Shown: in pieces, positions 1 to 13,363 of the stretch
Layout of the letters: each line of letters starts with the position of its first letter
Position numbering within the stretch: the first letter of the stretch is position 1
Assembly: GCF_025526975.1 (NCBI RefSeq)
Contig: NW_026515675.1
Location: 868,001-932,000, forward strand
DNA: 64,000 nucleotides
Direction: 5' to 3'
Source: Fimicolochytrium jonesii
Taxonomy: Eukaryota
Notes under the pieces: generated by a model
Database searches by the model: none
Seen by the model: the letters and a program-made list of their open reading frames with translations, nothing else
What the model was told of the DNA's origin: nothing
Translations under genes and position numbers: made by a program

Positions 1-46
1 TGCGAAATGTATCGCCTACTGACGTCTGCGCACTTTCCCACTTCAG

Positions 47-740
47 AGCGGAAGGCTCAGTCTCCCACAACCGAACCTACAAAAACTTCACCTCCTCCCT
101 CACAACCTCCTTCGGCTCCATCTGCCTCGCCTCCCTCATCCTCGGCCTCATCCAATCCCTCCAACTGTCCATCCGCCTCGCCCGCCGCTTAACCGGCTCC
201 AATGGCGCCCTCCACCGCCTCCTCACCGCCTGCCTCGACTGCTACGGCCAGCTCGCCGACAACGTCACCTCCTACGCCCTCGTCTACGCCGGCCTCACGG
301 GCTCATCCTTCCCTGCCTCGTGTTACAGCACCACCCGCGTATTCCGCCGGAATCTGGTCCTGGGCTTGGTGACGAGCACGGTGACGCGCTTGATTATGGG
401 CCTGGCGACGGCGGGGATTGCGTTGGCGAGTGGGAGTGTGGCCTTCTTTTTTGCGAGCAGGAGGTTGGAGAGCCCGTTTGCGTACGTGGTCGGGGCGGTG
501 GGGACGGTTATTCCGTATTATCTGGTGCAGGTGCTGAATCATGCTGTGCAGAACACGTAAGTGCCGAGGGGAATCATGCTGGGTGTCGGCATGATTGCGC
601 AGTATTCACCGGCGGACTGAAATAATTGAATTCTGTTTTACAGCGTCGACGCAACATTCATGTGCTACCTCATGGACGTAGACCGAAACGCGGTGAACTG
701 CGAAAGTGCCCACCGCATATTCGGGTCCCTAACAAGTTGA
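47..740 (+). CDS. Choline transporter-like (CTL/SLC44/Pns1 family) membrane protein, 3' part; 5' end lies outside the window
   Basis: The exon after cttcag(46) reads ...LTTSFGSICLASLILGLIQSL, the CTL/Pns1 SFGSIC motif, followed by TM helices. Intron 557-643 (gtaagt...tacag), then VDATFMCYLMD...FGSLTS-TGA(740), a typical family C-terminus. Confidence 0.85.
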
Positions 741-2110
741 CCGGCCCCCACCCCGCCTTCTCCTTTTCTTTTTTCCTTCGTTAGTATGATTTTTTGTTTG
801 CATGATACCTTTTTGCTTTTCGTTCCTGTAAATCTTTTTGTTTTCGTGGGCGTTTTTTCCTTACCTTTTCCGTGATGTTCTGGAGTCGCTCTATTTGCTT
901 CGCTTATCCAGGTTACTATGGGCAGGAATCTTTGGAGCCAATCAATGCCAAATATCCGTCGTGCCGCTTCTGTGATATTCAGTAGTAGCCTCCCGGCTCC
1001 CGAGATGAAATGGACATGGTTGGGGTGTGCGTATGTCCTCTTCCCTGTCCTGAATCCGCATTGCACGTCGGGAAATGCGTTACATAAGCACCAAACCCAC
1101 GCGTTCAGACCCCGTCAATCGCGGAAAAAGGGGTCAATCTAGCACTTGTTGCAGGATCTCGACTCCTGGGTGGGTTGGGGCAGGAGAGTAAGAGGAGAGT
1201 GGCAGGAGCAGAAGAAGATGAACAGGAGGGGCAGTAAGATTAGCGAGACACATTCTTACGTAGACAGGAAGGTGCAAGGGATGGAGGGGCGAGGTGCAGT
1301 CCGGAGATAACTACTGTACGTACGAGGACGGCGGTAAACGTGTGGGCGGGAGCTGCTGAACGCAAAAGATTGTTGTGACTGTGGGTTTTATTATTGCAGC
1401 TGGTGGGGAGCGATATGGTGTCCTTTGCGGTCTGTGAGCCGATGGACTCCGGAATTGGACATCATCCGTTTCGAAAGCAGATAGGAAAATGCCCCACATG
1501 ACAAGATTGTCTGTTGCCCGCGTCCCCCACGCTTCATCTTCCAGTGATCAATGCATTTTCACCTTCATCGGGTTACTTGCGTCTCGGCTCGGCTTGAAAA
1601 ATCGGAACATTGCCCTTGGGAATCTCCCCGGTTAATTCAAGCGGCGGATGCATGGAGCTTTCGCAACCTGACGACCAGGGGTGCTCGCAGTGGTGATGAC
1701 TGAGGTGGATTCCTTGAGCAGCTCCGTGGCCAGTGATGAGAACCGAGAGCCTGCTAGGACTGGACGAAGCCATGTACATTTCCTAAATCTAGATTTTAGA
1801 AACCAGCCCACCCCGGGCATCAACACGACACAACCTAGGGGTAACTGCGACGACCGGACACCGGATTCGGATTTCGTTCTCAGCAATCCAGTTTGAGGGA
1901 CACCTGTAGTCAATCCATCAACGATAGGTTGGGTATGAATCTTTTGATGAGGGCTGATTGGACGAACCGTGTCTTCAGCAACGCTATGTACAATGAGGAG
2001 TGCAGAATGAGAGGACACTAAAGCCAAAAGCATGAGCCATCCATAGCGGAGTAGCGTCTGGATAGACCAACGGATGAAGTATAGGGCTTCGTCCTGAACA
2101 AGCTACGCGA

Positions 2111-2829
2111 TTAAGCTTCTTTGGTTTCCTTTGGCGGAACCAATCCCTTATGAATCCGGTAGTAGACGATTGTTGCGTCTGTCGAGACGATTGCAAGCAC
2201 CACGCTATTGGACGCTGAGTCAATAATGGGGTCCCGGCCCCTCATGCTGGTTGGGAAACGTACCTTTCCACGCCTCGGGCGACAGATGAAAGATTGGCGA
2301 ATGTTCGGGACAGCCTGCATAGGGAATGCCTTTATATCGGCTAGCGTTCTCCATGTACATGATGGGAACACTCCACTCACCACTCCATCGACCAATTTTC
2401 TTGCGGATTCATTGGGATGATCCACTCACGCTTATCCTGCAGGTGCAGAACGCCTCAGTTCAGATTGGCCACATCAAATTCACTTTTCGCAAAGGTCGCC
2501 ACCTACATGCTGCTGACTACGCGCAACAAGCACGATCTTGTCAAGAGAGGGCACATCTATGGGCTGCACACTCCACCACTGCTTTGCTACGTTTGCGTTC
2601 AAGGACTCGTCAGAAAGGGTTTGAGCCAGTTTGACCACCCCGCGAGCCTCAAGTACCTAGCAGAAGGTCGGTGTAAACCTGAAACGAGAGGCCCCTAACC
2701 CTTGGCGGGGAATCCACACACTGTTCAAGAAACTTGATGTACTATTTGGCAAAGGCTGAGTCGCTTATGTACCGTGCAAGGCATACTGGATTGTTGACGT
2801 ACAAGGGGATGGGACGGAAGCGGCGCCAT
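2111..2829 (-). CDS. SEN15: tRNA-splicing endonuclease subunit Sen15, multi-exon
   Basis: Spliced translation: MAPLPSHPL / ...GLSFQVYTDLLL / AKQWWSVQPIDV... / DKREWIIPMNPQENWSMEW / ...VVLAIVSTDATIVYYRIHKGLVPP. The LAIV.SD.TIVYY C-terminal motif is characteristic of Sen15. Confidence 0.85.
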
Positions 2830-3064
2830 CGTGCTTGCCGATGTCTGTTCCAAGCGGAGTCCACGGTATGCCTTAGTCAAGCTGGCGGTGATGAGACTGT
2901 TGTTCGAGGTGATAACCCTTCACATAGCGAGCCAAAGCAGAATTGTGCACCAACGGGCGATGTGGGAGGAATTGCTGGGGGCTCGGGGCGGAGCAGGCTG
3001 AGGGATGCCGCCTGAACTTTGAAAGCTTCGCGTTGCGCGAGCCTGGAGCACGATCGACAAAAGA

Positions 3065-5199
3065 ATGGCAGAAATCCCACCGGTGTCCCAACATCGGACA
3101 GCATTGGACCCCATACCGGTAGGGCCAAAGCAAGGTCCTCCGGATATACATTTCCGCATCCACAGCAGAACAACATCTCTCGATGCCGCCCAACAACGTC
3201 AGAAAACGTCACGAGCCCCGGCGACGGCGCAGGTCCTTTCAACTTCGAGCCCAGCGCCACCCAGCGTGGTTCCTGATTCCATAGTGAAAGCTGAGCGCGG
3301 CGTAGCGCCGGAGGCGGAGGAGGACGTTGAAGCTGTGGGAAAGATTCTGGAGGAGGAGCGTGTCAAGGGCTCGGTTAGTCTAAACCTATCGGAACGGAAA
3401 TTGGCGCAACTGCCGCCCGAGATACAGGCACTGGTGACGTTGGAAAGGTTGGTGGTGATGGGAATCCGATCAGAATGGATAAACAGCCCGGTCCTGACTC
3501 AGCGATTCCCAGACTCGGACTATCGAACAACCTTCTCGCCAGCCTCCCATACGAAATAACCGGCTTGACGCACTTGCGGTACCTCAACCTTCGTGCCAAT
3601 CAGTTTCGCGAGTTCCCTACGTGTATATGCGAGTTGCCGAGCCTAGAGATCCTTGATATCAGCCGGAATAAGCTCAAGGGGCTGCCTTCCTCTTTTGGAA
3701 AACTCATGAACTTGAAAGTCTTGAGCGTCGCCCGGAATAGGATCCAAGTGCTACCGAAGTATCTTGGGTCAATGCCGCAGCTCAAAGTCTTGAAGATTGA
3801 GCATAATCCGGTTCAATGGCCGCCACCCGTCGTGGTGCAATGCCCCCCCGACCTGCCGCATGAGGTTTGGCTGCAGAAATTCAAGGAATACATGACAGCC
3901 GTAGATGGATCTGCCAATGCCGTTTCATCGGAAAACAGATTATATCAGAGTCCAGCGAAACGCCCAGATTTCTTCACACAAGAACCACTTCTTGTTGAAA
4001 CAGCGGTCCCATCCAAATCCGGTGCGTCAACAGGACATGACTGGCCAGTTTCTCGGCAGGACTGTTTCGCGTTATGGCAAGCGAATGGAAGTCATCTTCG
4101 CACGGACATCAGAACGGGCGAAATCAGGAATGGGATTCAGGATCTCGGACTGATCGATGTCTCGCAACGGCTAGGCTACGTCTTCGCGAGACTGTATAAG
4201 ATCTCGAAAGAGGTCTTGCGGGACACGGCCGCGTCGGGTTTCGAATCCAGACATCTCTGGTCAGAAGTGGAGGACCTCAACAGCAGTTGCTGTTCCTTGA
4301 TTCTGACCCTCCTTCGGTGTCAAAGTGAAGGCAAGATTGTAGTATTTGCGCCAGATGCAGCAGATCGGCCCTCAAGCGCAGAAATCAAGGACAGCATTCT
4401 TTCCCTCTTGCGATGCGGAATCTCAACGAACGCAATGCTGCTGAACAATGTGGGAAACATAGTTCGACACCTTGAGATCCGCGAAGCGCGGTTCTTTCTT
4501 GCCGAATGGTACGCTGCTGCGAACGAGCTTGCGGAAGTAACGGCGCTGTTCAATATCGGCAACGCGTCGGAGAAAAGCTACTGTGGCGAAGAGCTTGCAC
4601 AATCTGACCCAGACCCCTCACAGTCCGCTCCCTCAAACGACATTGACCAACCTACAGCAAGCGTTCTCTACATACGCTCCCTCCTCGCCAACGCATGCAC
4701 GGCTGCCTCGACCGCCCTCGAACACCTGCAAGACCTGCCGAACAGTATACGCGAACGACAGCGGAGCGATGTGGACGCATCGGACGAGCAATTGGGCGCT
4801 GAGATGGAGTTGGCGGATCGGTTGAGTGCGAGTATGGCGATTGTAAGGGAGGATGTTGCGAGGGTTTCGGAGGTGGGGAGTGAGGTGGGGGATGTGAATG
4901 TGGGACGGGGGTTTGTGGAGGATACGGGGAAATTGGTCAAGGTAATGGGTATATCATGATATTGGCATGCATTGCCACCCGAGTTCTGAACACTCACTGT
5001 TGTCTCTTGATGATAGGGTGTGACTGGATTGACCGCTGTAGCGCGGTCGTTGGCTCTAATGCATCCGTTGGCCAAACCATCCATGATGGCGTTACATCAG
5101 CTTACACGCGCTACGAAGGAGCTTGCGATGGGAATGGCTGCATGGAAGAGCGGGACGGTGGTGCTGCCTGCGTCGACGTCGGGACAGATGGCAGCATGA
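3065..5199 (+). CDS. SOG2: Leucine-rich-repeat protein of the RAM signalling network (Sog2-like)
   Basis: N-terminal LRRs (LGLSNNLLASLP, LNLRANQFREFP, LDISRNKLKGLP, LSVARNRIQVLP, LKIEHNPVQWPP) are followed by a helical region with RFFLAEWYAAANEL. The last exon (after 5017) reads ...LHQLTRATKEL. Introns at ~3449-3511 and 4942-5017. Confidence 0.7.
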
Positions 5200-5544
5200 T
5201 TGCGGTTGCGCATGGGAGTTTATCGGGATTGTCCCGGGATTACCGCGAAGGCGAGGAACTATCGGTCTTATCATTAGCCAGAGGATTCAAATCCCCAGCA
5301 CGGGCAGTCGGGATATGAGTTCGGGAATCCCGGCCAAATCTAACAGGACCTCCTATTCGGTTGATGTCTACCAACAATTGCACATATCCTCGCAAAAAAT
5401 CCATTCCCGGCGCCCAACTCGTGTGCACATGCAAGATGTCATTCTCTCCGAAAGTATCAGATTCCATCAGACAATACCACACGGGCAGCAGGGTCCTTTG
5501 CCGCACGCCCAAAAAAGTCATGAAAAACCACGTCTCAAAAAGGA

Positions 5545-6855
5545 TTACGCCACCGCCCCCGGATCCGACGCCAACCCCGTCTTCGCCTTCTTCCCATCCC
5601 CCTCCTTCTCCGCACTACCCTCCCTCCGCTTCTTCAACTCCTTCTCATTCGCCAACCCCTTCTTCTCGTGCGCCTGCACGAGCTCACGCAGATTCAGTTC
5701 GGTTGATGGTTTCGTGCAGGTGCCGAGGGCGCGGTCCATGAGCAGGATGGCGGCATCGGCTTCTTCGCGGGAGGATGAGGCGATGCAGTCTGGGAAAAAG
5801 ATGGTGTCGGAGTTGAATCAGTGACCCTTTTTTTTTGGAAAAGATGTGGAGTCGGGCTGGGACGTACCTCGCGGGACGTATAGGGCGTAGTCGCGCATGT
5901 ACGCATCGTTTGCTGTGATGTGAGATTGTTTCGTTTAGTGGATGTGAATGCTGCCAGAGTCCGATATGACCGGCGAAGGACAAGGACTCTTACCACTGAA
6001 TAGAATGCACACGTTCCCCGCCATGCCCACTATGATGAGACTCTTCACCTTTGCGTATGACACGAGTTGATGAGCCTATGGGTCTATGAGAATGACTGAG
6101 AGACCAGAGGGACATACCTGCAGATATGTGAGGAGGGACTCGAGCGCTGTGGCGTAGAATGCAGAATGCTTCGGCTTGAGGATGAAGTAGTCGTCCTGCA
6201 CATGCCCAACAAATCAACACCCAGTCCTTAAAAGTCAAAAAGCAATCCGGTTTCTGGGCAGATGCTCGAGACGTACCTTTGACGGCTTAAGCAGTTGCGC
6301 AACCGAGCTGCCTGGTGTATCTCCCGACGCTATCGTGTCGTATATCTGCTCCAGGTTCGATCGCCACTATACCGCCCATAATCAGCACTGATCAAAATCC
6401 CAACGCATCCCATTTCCGGACCTCACCTTCCCAAAGTTATCATTACAATAGATAACCGGCACACCCAGATCCCTGCACTCCTGCGCCATGTCCTTGATCC
6501 GCGGCGCCATCTCCTTGGCATGTTCGACCATGTATTCGTTCCCTTCGAACTCGATGTCGTTGATGAGGTCGACTAGGAGGAGGGCGATGCCGACGCCGAT
6601 GCCTAGAGGAGGGGGGCCCACGTCAATCGATCGACTTGGGGCGAAATGGAGATGATTGAATCAATGATTCCTTACCGCCAGTCCCGTCACCGACCACATT
6701 TGTCAATGGCTTTCCGGTATGTTTGCGCGCTTTGTTGAGCTGCTCGTGGACGTCTGTTCATGCAAGAGATTTTGATCTCAGATCATGGATTTGATGCAAA
6801 ACCACCCATGTTGCGGAAATAGAATTTGCGAACCTTTGGTGTCTGGCGCCGGCAT
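5545..6855 (-). CDS. Isochorismatase/cysteine-hydrolase family protein, 8 exons
   Basis: Spliced motifs: ALLLVDLINDIEF (catalytic D), GVPVIYCNDNFGKWRS, DYFILKPKHSAFYAT (K), IIVGMAGNVCILFSANDAYMRDYALYVPRDCIAS (C). The D-K-C triad is intact. Confidence 0.9.
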
Positions 6856-7879
6856 ATCTGCTGCCTTACTCTTGAACGATCTACTCTGCTTGATGGAAGG
6901 ATATAGGACCGTGCGATTTTTATGACTAGGTCCTCTACCCGGATGAGCGGTCGGAGTTCCTGGCTTGATGCAAACAGAGGATCCAAAACCCGTTGAAGTT
7001 ATGAATCGAGAAGTCCTTGGACGTGGGAGGTTCGCACGCAGGCGATGGACGAGGAGGGGCATATATACGATTTTTCGCTATGCAGTTTCTTGATTGAAAG
7101 GATGCTACCACCTACTCTAAGGATATATACGCTAACTATGAGGGATCCATTATTTACGTTTTAGATTGTCAGTGGATTTTGCTCTTTCCATTTCTGTGGA
7201 CATGGGACCCAAGGAGAGAGAAGAAAAGGGCGCCGGAAAATCCATAATCCATTATGGGGATGGGTATTGGGGCTGCCTGCATGCGTATACAGGATATGCG
7301 CGCGAGACGGCTATTGATAATGGGTTGCGTGACGTAATCGTGATGGAGGGACGCGTCGACGAGTCTTTCTTGAGTTCCTCTCTTTCTTCTCCCACCGACC
7401 TCCGTGTCTCTGTTGTCTGGCACCCACCCACACACCACCTGCCCAATTCGGAACTTGCCTGACACCTTGGCTTTGAAGAGTATCGACTTCCAGCGCTCTT
7501 CTTCTTGTGCAGGATGTTACTTATGATGATCCGGAGGATTGCAATGGGTTTGGCCAATAATGGGTACTTGCACCGTCATATCTGTTCCTCCTGAAATCCG
7601 AACGTACTATATGTACGATGATGCATATGGTTTCCGTCTATGCATCGTTCCGTTTTGCCGGACCTCGGTTCGTCGAACCTTTCACCGAAGCTGCACTTCT
7701 CGGAAATCTTTGACTTTCGGTGAAAACGGCGGGGGGAACGCGTCCACCCAACCGGACAAACCCGCACGCATGACTCACGAGGGTCGAAATGACAATCCTT
7801 GAAACCGTCCGCCGTGGCTTTCCTCCAAGTTCAAATTCAGAGCAAATTCCGCAAAGGAGCCCACCCAACACCGCAGACA

Positions 7880-10800
7880 ATGAGCGCTCCTCCCCCTCGC
7901 GAGGAGCCTTATCAGATACCGGGCGGGCCTCCTGCTTCCACCCGTCACGGAACTGAGGCCGACGGCAAAGTGCAACAACCGCCGCCCCCGCAAAGGGCCG
8001 CAGAGGCCTCCTCGCGCCCGTGGGAGTATCGTCCTAAGACCTTCAAGCCATCTTATCTTGGCCACTCAAGCGCTAGTCTTCGGCCTTATCATGGGGTTGC
8101 GCAGGAGAACATAGCGCCGGGTGCTAACCATCAGAAGCAGCCTGAGTATCAGCACTCTCGCCCGTCTACTGCCTCTCACTACAAAACGCCCGCAGATACA
8201 CGTCCGCTCGAGGCTTCGAATGCCCCAGCTGGGTCTCGTTCAACGCTTCCAACGTCCGCTAGCGTTCCGCTGGGCCCGGACCCACAAGCTTGGTCAACCT
8301 TGTTCTCTCGGGGTAATCAGCAACCTATCACGGCGTACAAACCCAACTCCGCATACTGGTCGAAGGGATCCGCACTCGCGGGTAGTAGTGGCGGAGTGCC
8401 CGTTTCCGTCCCTGTGAATAACTATTCCCGTCCGGACTACATTCAAGACCTTGGCGGAACTTATGCATCGAACTACGGGCGAGGAGCGTCGAATCCGCAG
8501 GATCTTGTTGACCTCCTAGCTGACATCCCCGACCATGATCCAGACCTGGTGCGAGAGCACCAACCTCCTGAGATGACAATCACCTTACTCCCGCATCAGC
8601 TCGAAGGCGTAGCATGGCTGAAGAGCAGGGAGGAGAGCACGAACGCGGGGGGTATCCTCGCCGATGACATGGGACTGGGGAAGACGATCCAAACGATCAG
8701 CCTGATACTGGCAAATCGGTCGAAGGATGCGAAGTGCAAATCCACGCTGGTTGTTGCACCCTTGGCGTTGATTAAGCAGTGGGAGCTTGAGGTTCAGACG
8801 AGGACCAAGAAAGGGTCGTTGAGCGTTCTCGTGTATCATGGGCCGAGCAGACCTAAAGGTAGGTATGCAGCGTTGTAGCTCGGCGAGAACACTTCCACAG
8901 CTCACAGTCATACTAGATATCGCAAAGCTTCGGGCGACCGATGTTGTCATTACCACTTATCAAGGTGCGTGTGTGAAACCTTGGGCTTCCCGACGATGTG
9001 TCTTACATTTCGGTCAACGTCACAGTGGTGGCATCCGAGTACCCTGACGGGCTTCTGTATAAGAACAAATGGTTCCGTGTTGTACTGGGTAAGCCCTTTG
9101 ATCCTGAGTGCATTACGAAATCGCAGACTCACCGCGCGGTATAGACGAGGCGCAAACGATCAAGAACAAAAAGACGAAGAGTGCGATTGGATGCTGCGCG
9201 CTGGAGGCCGACCGCAGATTTTGTCTCTCAGGTAAGCTCGACTAGCATGCAACGTTCAGTACCTGGACTAATCGGAGCAAACAGGAACGCCATTGCAAAA
9301 CAATATCGACGAATTCTATAGTTTCCTAAAGTTCCTGCGCTTTAGACCCTTCCATGATTATGGTATGCCGTACGGTGTGGCAGCCGTGGTGTCGAGAGCT
9401 ATGAAACTGAATGCTCTACAGCAATGTTCAAGAGGCAGATCTCAGAACCCATGTCACGAGGCCGCTCTGTCCTCGCGTACAATCGGTTACGCGCGATCTT
9501 TCAAGTCATCATGCTCCGACGGACAAAGGCATCCAAGATTGACGGCAAACCGCTGTTGCAGCTTCCGGCTCGCAATGTGAATATCGAAAAGGTGTCACTT
9601 GGCCCGGACGAGCTTGAGTTTTACACGACGCTGGAGACGAGAATCAAGAGCACGTTAAAAGGGTTCCAACAGGTGAGATGCGACTCGTATGGAGACGTTG
9701 AATGGATTTCCATCGTAAGACCACCATATTGCAGGATGGATACGGCAAGAACTTCACGAACATTTTGGTTTTGCTTCTTCGTTTGCGTCAAGGTACGTGG
9801 GTGACCACTTCCGGCAAAAGTTGCCTGACTCGGATCTAATCTCGGCATACACCCTAGCATGTGATCATCGCCAACTCGTCGGCCTGGGCGTGGACAAAGA
9901 GGGAGAAGTGCAACCTGACAAAGGCGCTGACCTCGACGACGACGTCGATGAGATGATGTCTCTTTTCAAAACTCTTGAAGTCGAGCAAACGAAGCGGCAG
10001 TGCTCCATTTGCTTTGAGCCGTAAGGATAATCAGGTCGCCATTACGGTGATGAACTCTTTTTGACGCGATGCGCCTTCGTTTAGAATCCAGGATGCGCCA
10101 GCTGGCCAGAAGGAGTGTAATACCTGTGCGAAGACATTGGAACGGACGTGGGATGGAAAGGTTAAAACAGAGGAGGCAGACGCGAAATGGGTTTCATCAG
10201 CGAAGGTCGACAAGGTAAATGTCACCGCATGTATAGTCTCGACATCGTCTGATGCTAAACCTGCCCGTCCGTTCTGGCATATTTTAGATGATGGCCATCA
10301 TCGACGATTGGAAGCTAACAAACCCATTAGACAAGATCATCATCTTCTCTCAGTTCACGAGCATGTTGAACATTGTGGAGAAACCGTTGAAGCGCAAGGG
10401 ATACAAGTTTTGCCGATGTGAGTGCAATCTTCGCCGACGCTCGATCCTAAAGCACTGACTGACGATTTTCGAAAACGGCAGACGACGGATCAATGAAGAA
10501 TGCGCATCGCGAGGAGGCGCTCGAGCGATTGAGGAGCGACCCGGAGACCAAGATATTGCTCATTTCTTTGAAGTGCGGCTCCTTAGGGTTGAATCTTACG
10601 GGTATGATACAATACTCAGCACAAGCTTTTGATGTGGTTTCTCATGTGAAGCATTCGTTCCAGCTGCTAACCGCGTTATCATGCTGGACATGTGGTATGT
10701 TCCGTGTGCTCACTGAGAGTATGCTAATTGCCTCGCCCTGTCTAATATTTTTTGAATCATACAAGGTGGAATCCCGCGCTGGAAGGTATGTAACCTTCAC

Positions 10801-11202
10801 GCATCTACAGTCGCATTCAAATGCATGTCTAACAGTCGACCTCCAGATCAAGCCATTGATCGCGTGCATAGGTACATCCGAGAAATTCCCCATGTACATC
10901 TGTGGTCGGTCTGACCTTGCTTTTCCATGTGCGTAGGATCGGGCAAACGAAGGATGTAGAAGTCATCCGCTTGGCAGTGGAGAACACGGTCGAGGATCGT
11001 ATTCTAGCGCTCCAGGAACGAAAGGTACGATCTCCATTTCGTCACATTCAAATGGTTTATGCTCGCGTTGCGGCTGACGTTCGCTTTCCTTTACGTTCGC
11101 TTTCCTTTGAAGCGAACGATGATCGAGTCGGCGCTAGGTAACACGAAGGGCAAGAAGAACCAGAAGCTCTCGGTCAACGAGCTGCTTCAGCTCTTCGGAT
11201 AG
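7880..11202 (+). CDS. SNF2-family ATPase, Rad5/16-like group (Ris1/Uls1 or TTF2-like), with a degenerate RING-like insert
   Basis: Motifs LLPHQLEGVAWL, GGILADDMGLGKTIQTI, TLVVAPLAL, WFRVVLDEAQTIKN, SGTPLQNN, MLRRTK, IIFSQFTSML, ISLKCGSLGLNLT, WWNPALEDQAIDRVHRIGQ. CSICFEP...ECNTC lies between the two lobes. There are many short introns. Confidence 0.92.
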
Positions 11203-11270
11203 AAAGCTCGGCGTTCCTAGTCCGAGTGTGTATGTGTTTATCGGCAGTATGGATCGCGGCGAAGGCGACA

Positions 11271-11874
11271 TCACCGGGATGCTGGATCGGCGCCGTAGAG
11301 AACTTTCGGCATCCAGGTTTCCTCCGGGACATCTTTTGCCCATGCTGAGGTATCATTAGATGGATTCCAGTTGGGATTATTAGTAGCTTGTCTATATGCG
11401 TAGACATAATCTGGACAATAAGGACGAAAGGGAGATATCGTTTCGATAAACCTCACCTGGAATAGCAGACGCTGGAAAACTGAAGGATGCCATCACGGAA
11501 GAAATGGTCGCAACGTCATTTTCACTCATCATCGCTTCCTTCGACACGGTTATCGTCAACGGAGCCGGACACCTCTCAGCCTCCTCTTCGCGATCGAGTT
11601 CTGCACTTGCAGGGTCGAGCTCCTCGTCATCCGAAAGACTGCCTGAACTCAACGCCACGTAGGGCACGTCTGCATTCGTGTCCCATTCCTCGTCGTCATT
11701 GTCAAAGTCACCATCGTCTGCTACGACATCGACTTGATCGTGTTTTTCGGCTTCCGCGTCCACCGCGTCGTCTGTCGATGCTGAGCCAGTGACCGCGGAG
11801 CTTTCATCCTCGACGGCCTGGGAGGGAGTCTCGCTGGGTGCTGCCTCCGGTAGTCTGCTCTCTTCCAACACCAT
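11271..11874 (-). CDS. MEA1: Male-enhanced antigen 1 (MEA1) domain protein
   Basis: An acidic N-terminus is followed by MSENDVATISSVMASFSFPASAIP / (intron ~11347-11457) AWAKDVPEETW, matching the MEA1 signature I...M..F.LP..AIP.WA..VPEE.W. Confidence 0.8.
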
Positions 11875-12200
11875 TGCTGCTTCCTTGTGCTGAATGTCAA
11901 GGTCTTTCCGTTCGAGGACGACTTGTCGGATGTGCAAAATAAGAAAGCAAATTTTGTCGTTGCGGTGAACATGATGTTGTTGCCCATTCTCAGGCGCGCG
12001 GAATTGGCGGTCAAATTGAGACACCATGGACAGCGGTCGCCTGGCCTCAGTGGCCTAGTAGGCTAGTACGGCAATGAATAAACAAATATAAGAGCAAAGC
12101 GGTGCTTCCCGTGGACCTTCCTACTTGTAGACGACGTATATAGCTCGGGACAGAGAACTTCTTTTTCATCGTCGAGGAAAATCTCGCAGCCGTATTAGCC

Positions 12201-12746
12201 ATGGGTTACTACTGCGATTACAACGGGTACTGCTACACTACCCGACCAAACTATACATTGATCTTCGTTGGAGTTGGTGTCTCTCTATTCCTTTCCGTAA
12301 GTGGGCTCTCTAAATCGATTGCGTTTTGCTCTCCGAGGGACCTCGTCTCATTCGACCACTTCCCGACGTTGCCATCACAGTTATTGTGCTGCTATATCCG
12401 ACAGCGCAACAACAACGGAGCGCCAGCAGGAACGATAGTGGCACCTGGAGGAACAGTCACAGGCCCTCCAGTCTATGTCGCTCAGGGCGCACCATACCCG
12501 CCCGAAGGCGGAAACAACAACTACATGTACCCGCTTCCGGAATACCAACCGCCGATGTACCCTCCACCTGCTGCAGGCGTCACGGACCCGACCTACCAGC
12601 CTAAAATGGGGGATAACAACACGACCGTTGTGCAGATGACTGATCCCTGGTCTCCGCCTACTCCACCTGTGCTTGCGGCTGGACCGCAGCATCAGCATAT
12701 GCATGCCCCGCACAACCCGCACACACAACACCACACACCTTACTGA
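12201..12746 (+). CDS. Small single-pass membrane protein with a Cys/Tyr-rich N-terminus and a Pro-rich PY-motif tail (RCR/WBP1-like)
   Basis: MGYYCDYNGYCY, a TM helix across intron 12297-12380 ending LLCCYIRQR, then PPVY, LPEY and PPMY motifs and a His-rich C-terminus. Confidence 0.65.
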   Translation: MGYYCDYNGYCYTTRPNYTLIFVGVGVSLFLSVSGLSKSIAFCSPRDLVSFDHFPTLPSQLLCCYIRQRNNNGAPAGTIVAPGGTVTGPPVYVAQGAPYPPEGGNNNYMYPLPEYQPPMYPPPAAGVTDPTYQPKMGDNNTTVVQMTDPWSPPTPPVLAAGPQHQHMHAPHNPHTQHHTPY

Positions 12747-13363
12747 ACATCGACCGTATCTGCGTAAGCATCTGCTGCCCCTAGGCGCGCAGCTGGCAAC
12801 CTTCACCGTATGTAGAGTCAACCGGCAACCGACCATCATAAGCCACGGCGTAAATGTAGATCAACTGCCCGCTCCAGTTCACGACTGTCGATAGAGTCTT
12901 CCCTTTTTAGACCTAGTATATACGTTAATGTCCCAACCGTACTTCAGCTTTATATTCTAATCGATAGGCTCAAGTGCATCAACATCTTCTGTCTTCATTG
13001 TTCACCTGGCTTTGGCGCACAGATATCTCGATTCCACAACAACCGCAGCGCTGGATAACCCAACGGACAGTGACTGGCACACATTAGCAGTCATGATTGG
13101 ATCGATATGCGCCCGTGATTTCCCATCTGCAGATATTGCAGTTCATCGATTTGATTCGATTCAAAGCTGGTATATGTATGTATGTCTACTGTAAGCAACG
13201 CTGCCCCAAAATGCACGACATCTGCCCGGCAGTATGCCATGCAAAAAGGGGTATGTATCTACGGTATATGTCTATGGAATGGATGCACATAGATGAGGGA
13301 CGATAAGTAGCAGATGATCTCATAGGCTCAAATCCCGGCCGCAGCGGGCATGGAAAGGTCCAT

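Noticed and set aside
741..2110. Short ORFs between the CTL gene and SEN15; likewise 7000-7800, 31900-32700 and 41440-42140
   Set aside because: They show no recognisable motifs or consistent splice models, so I treat them as UTR or intergenic. Small genes cannot be excluded.
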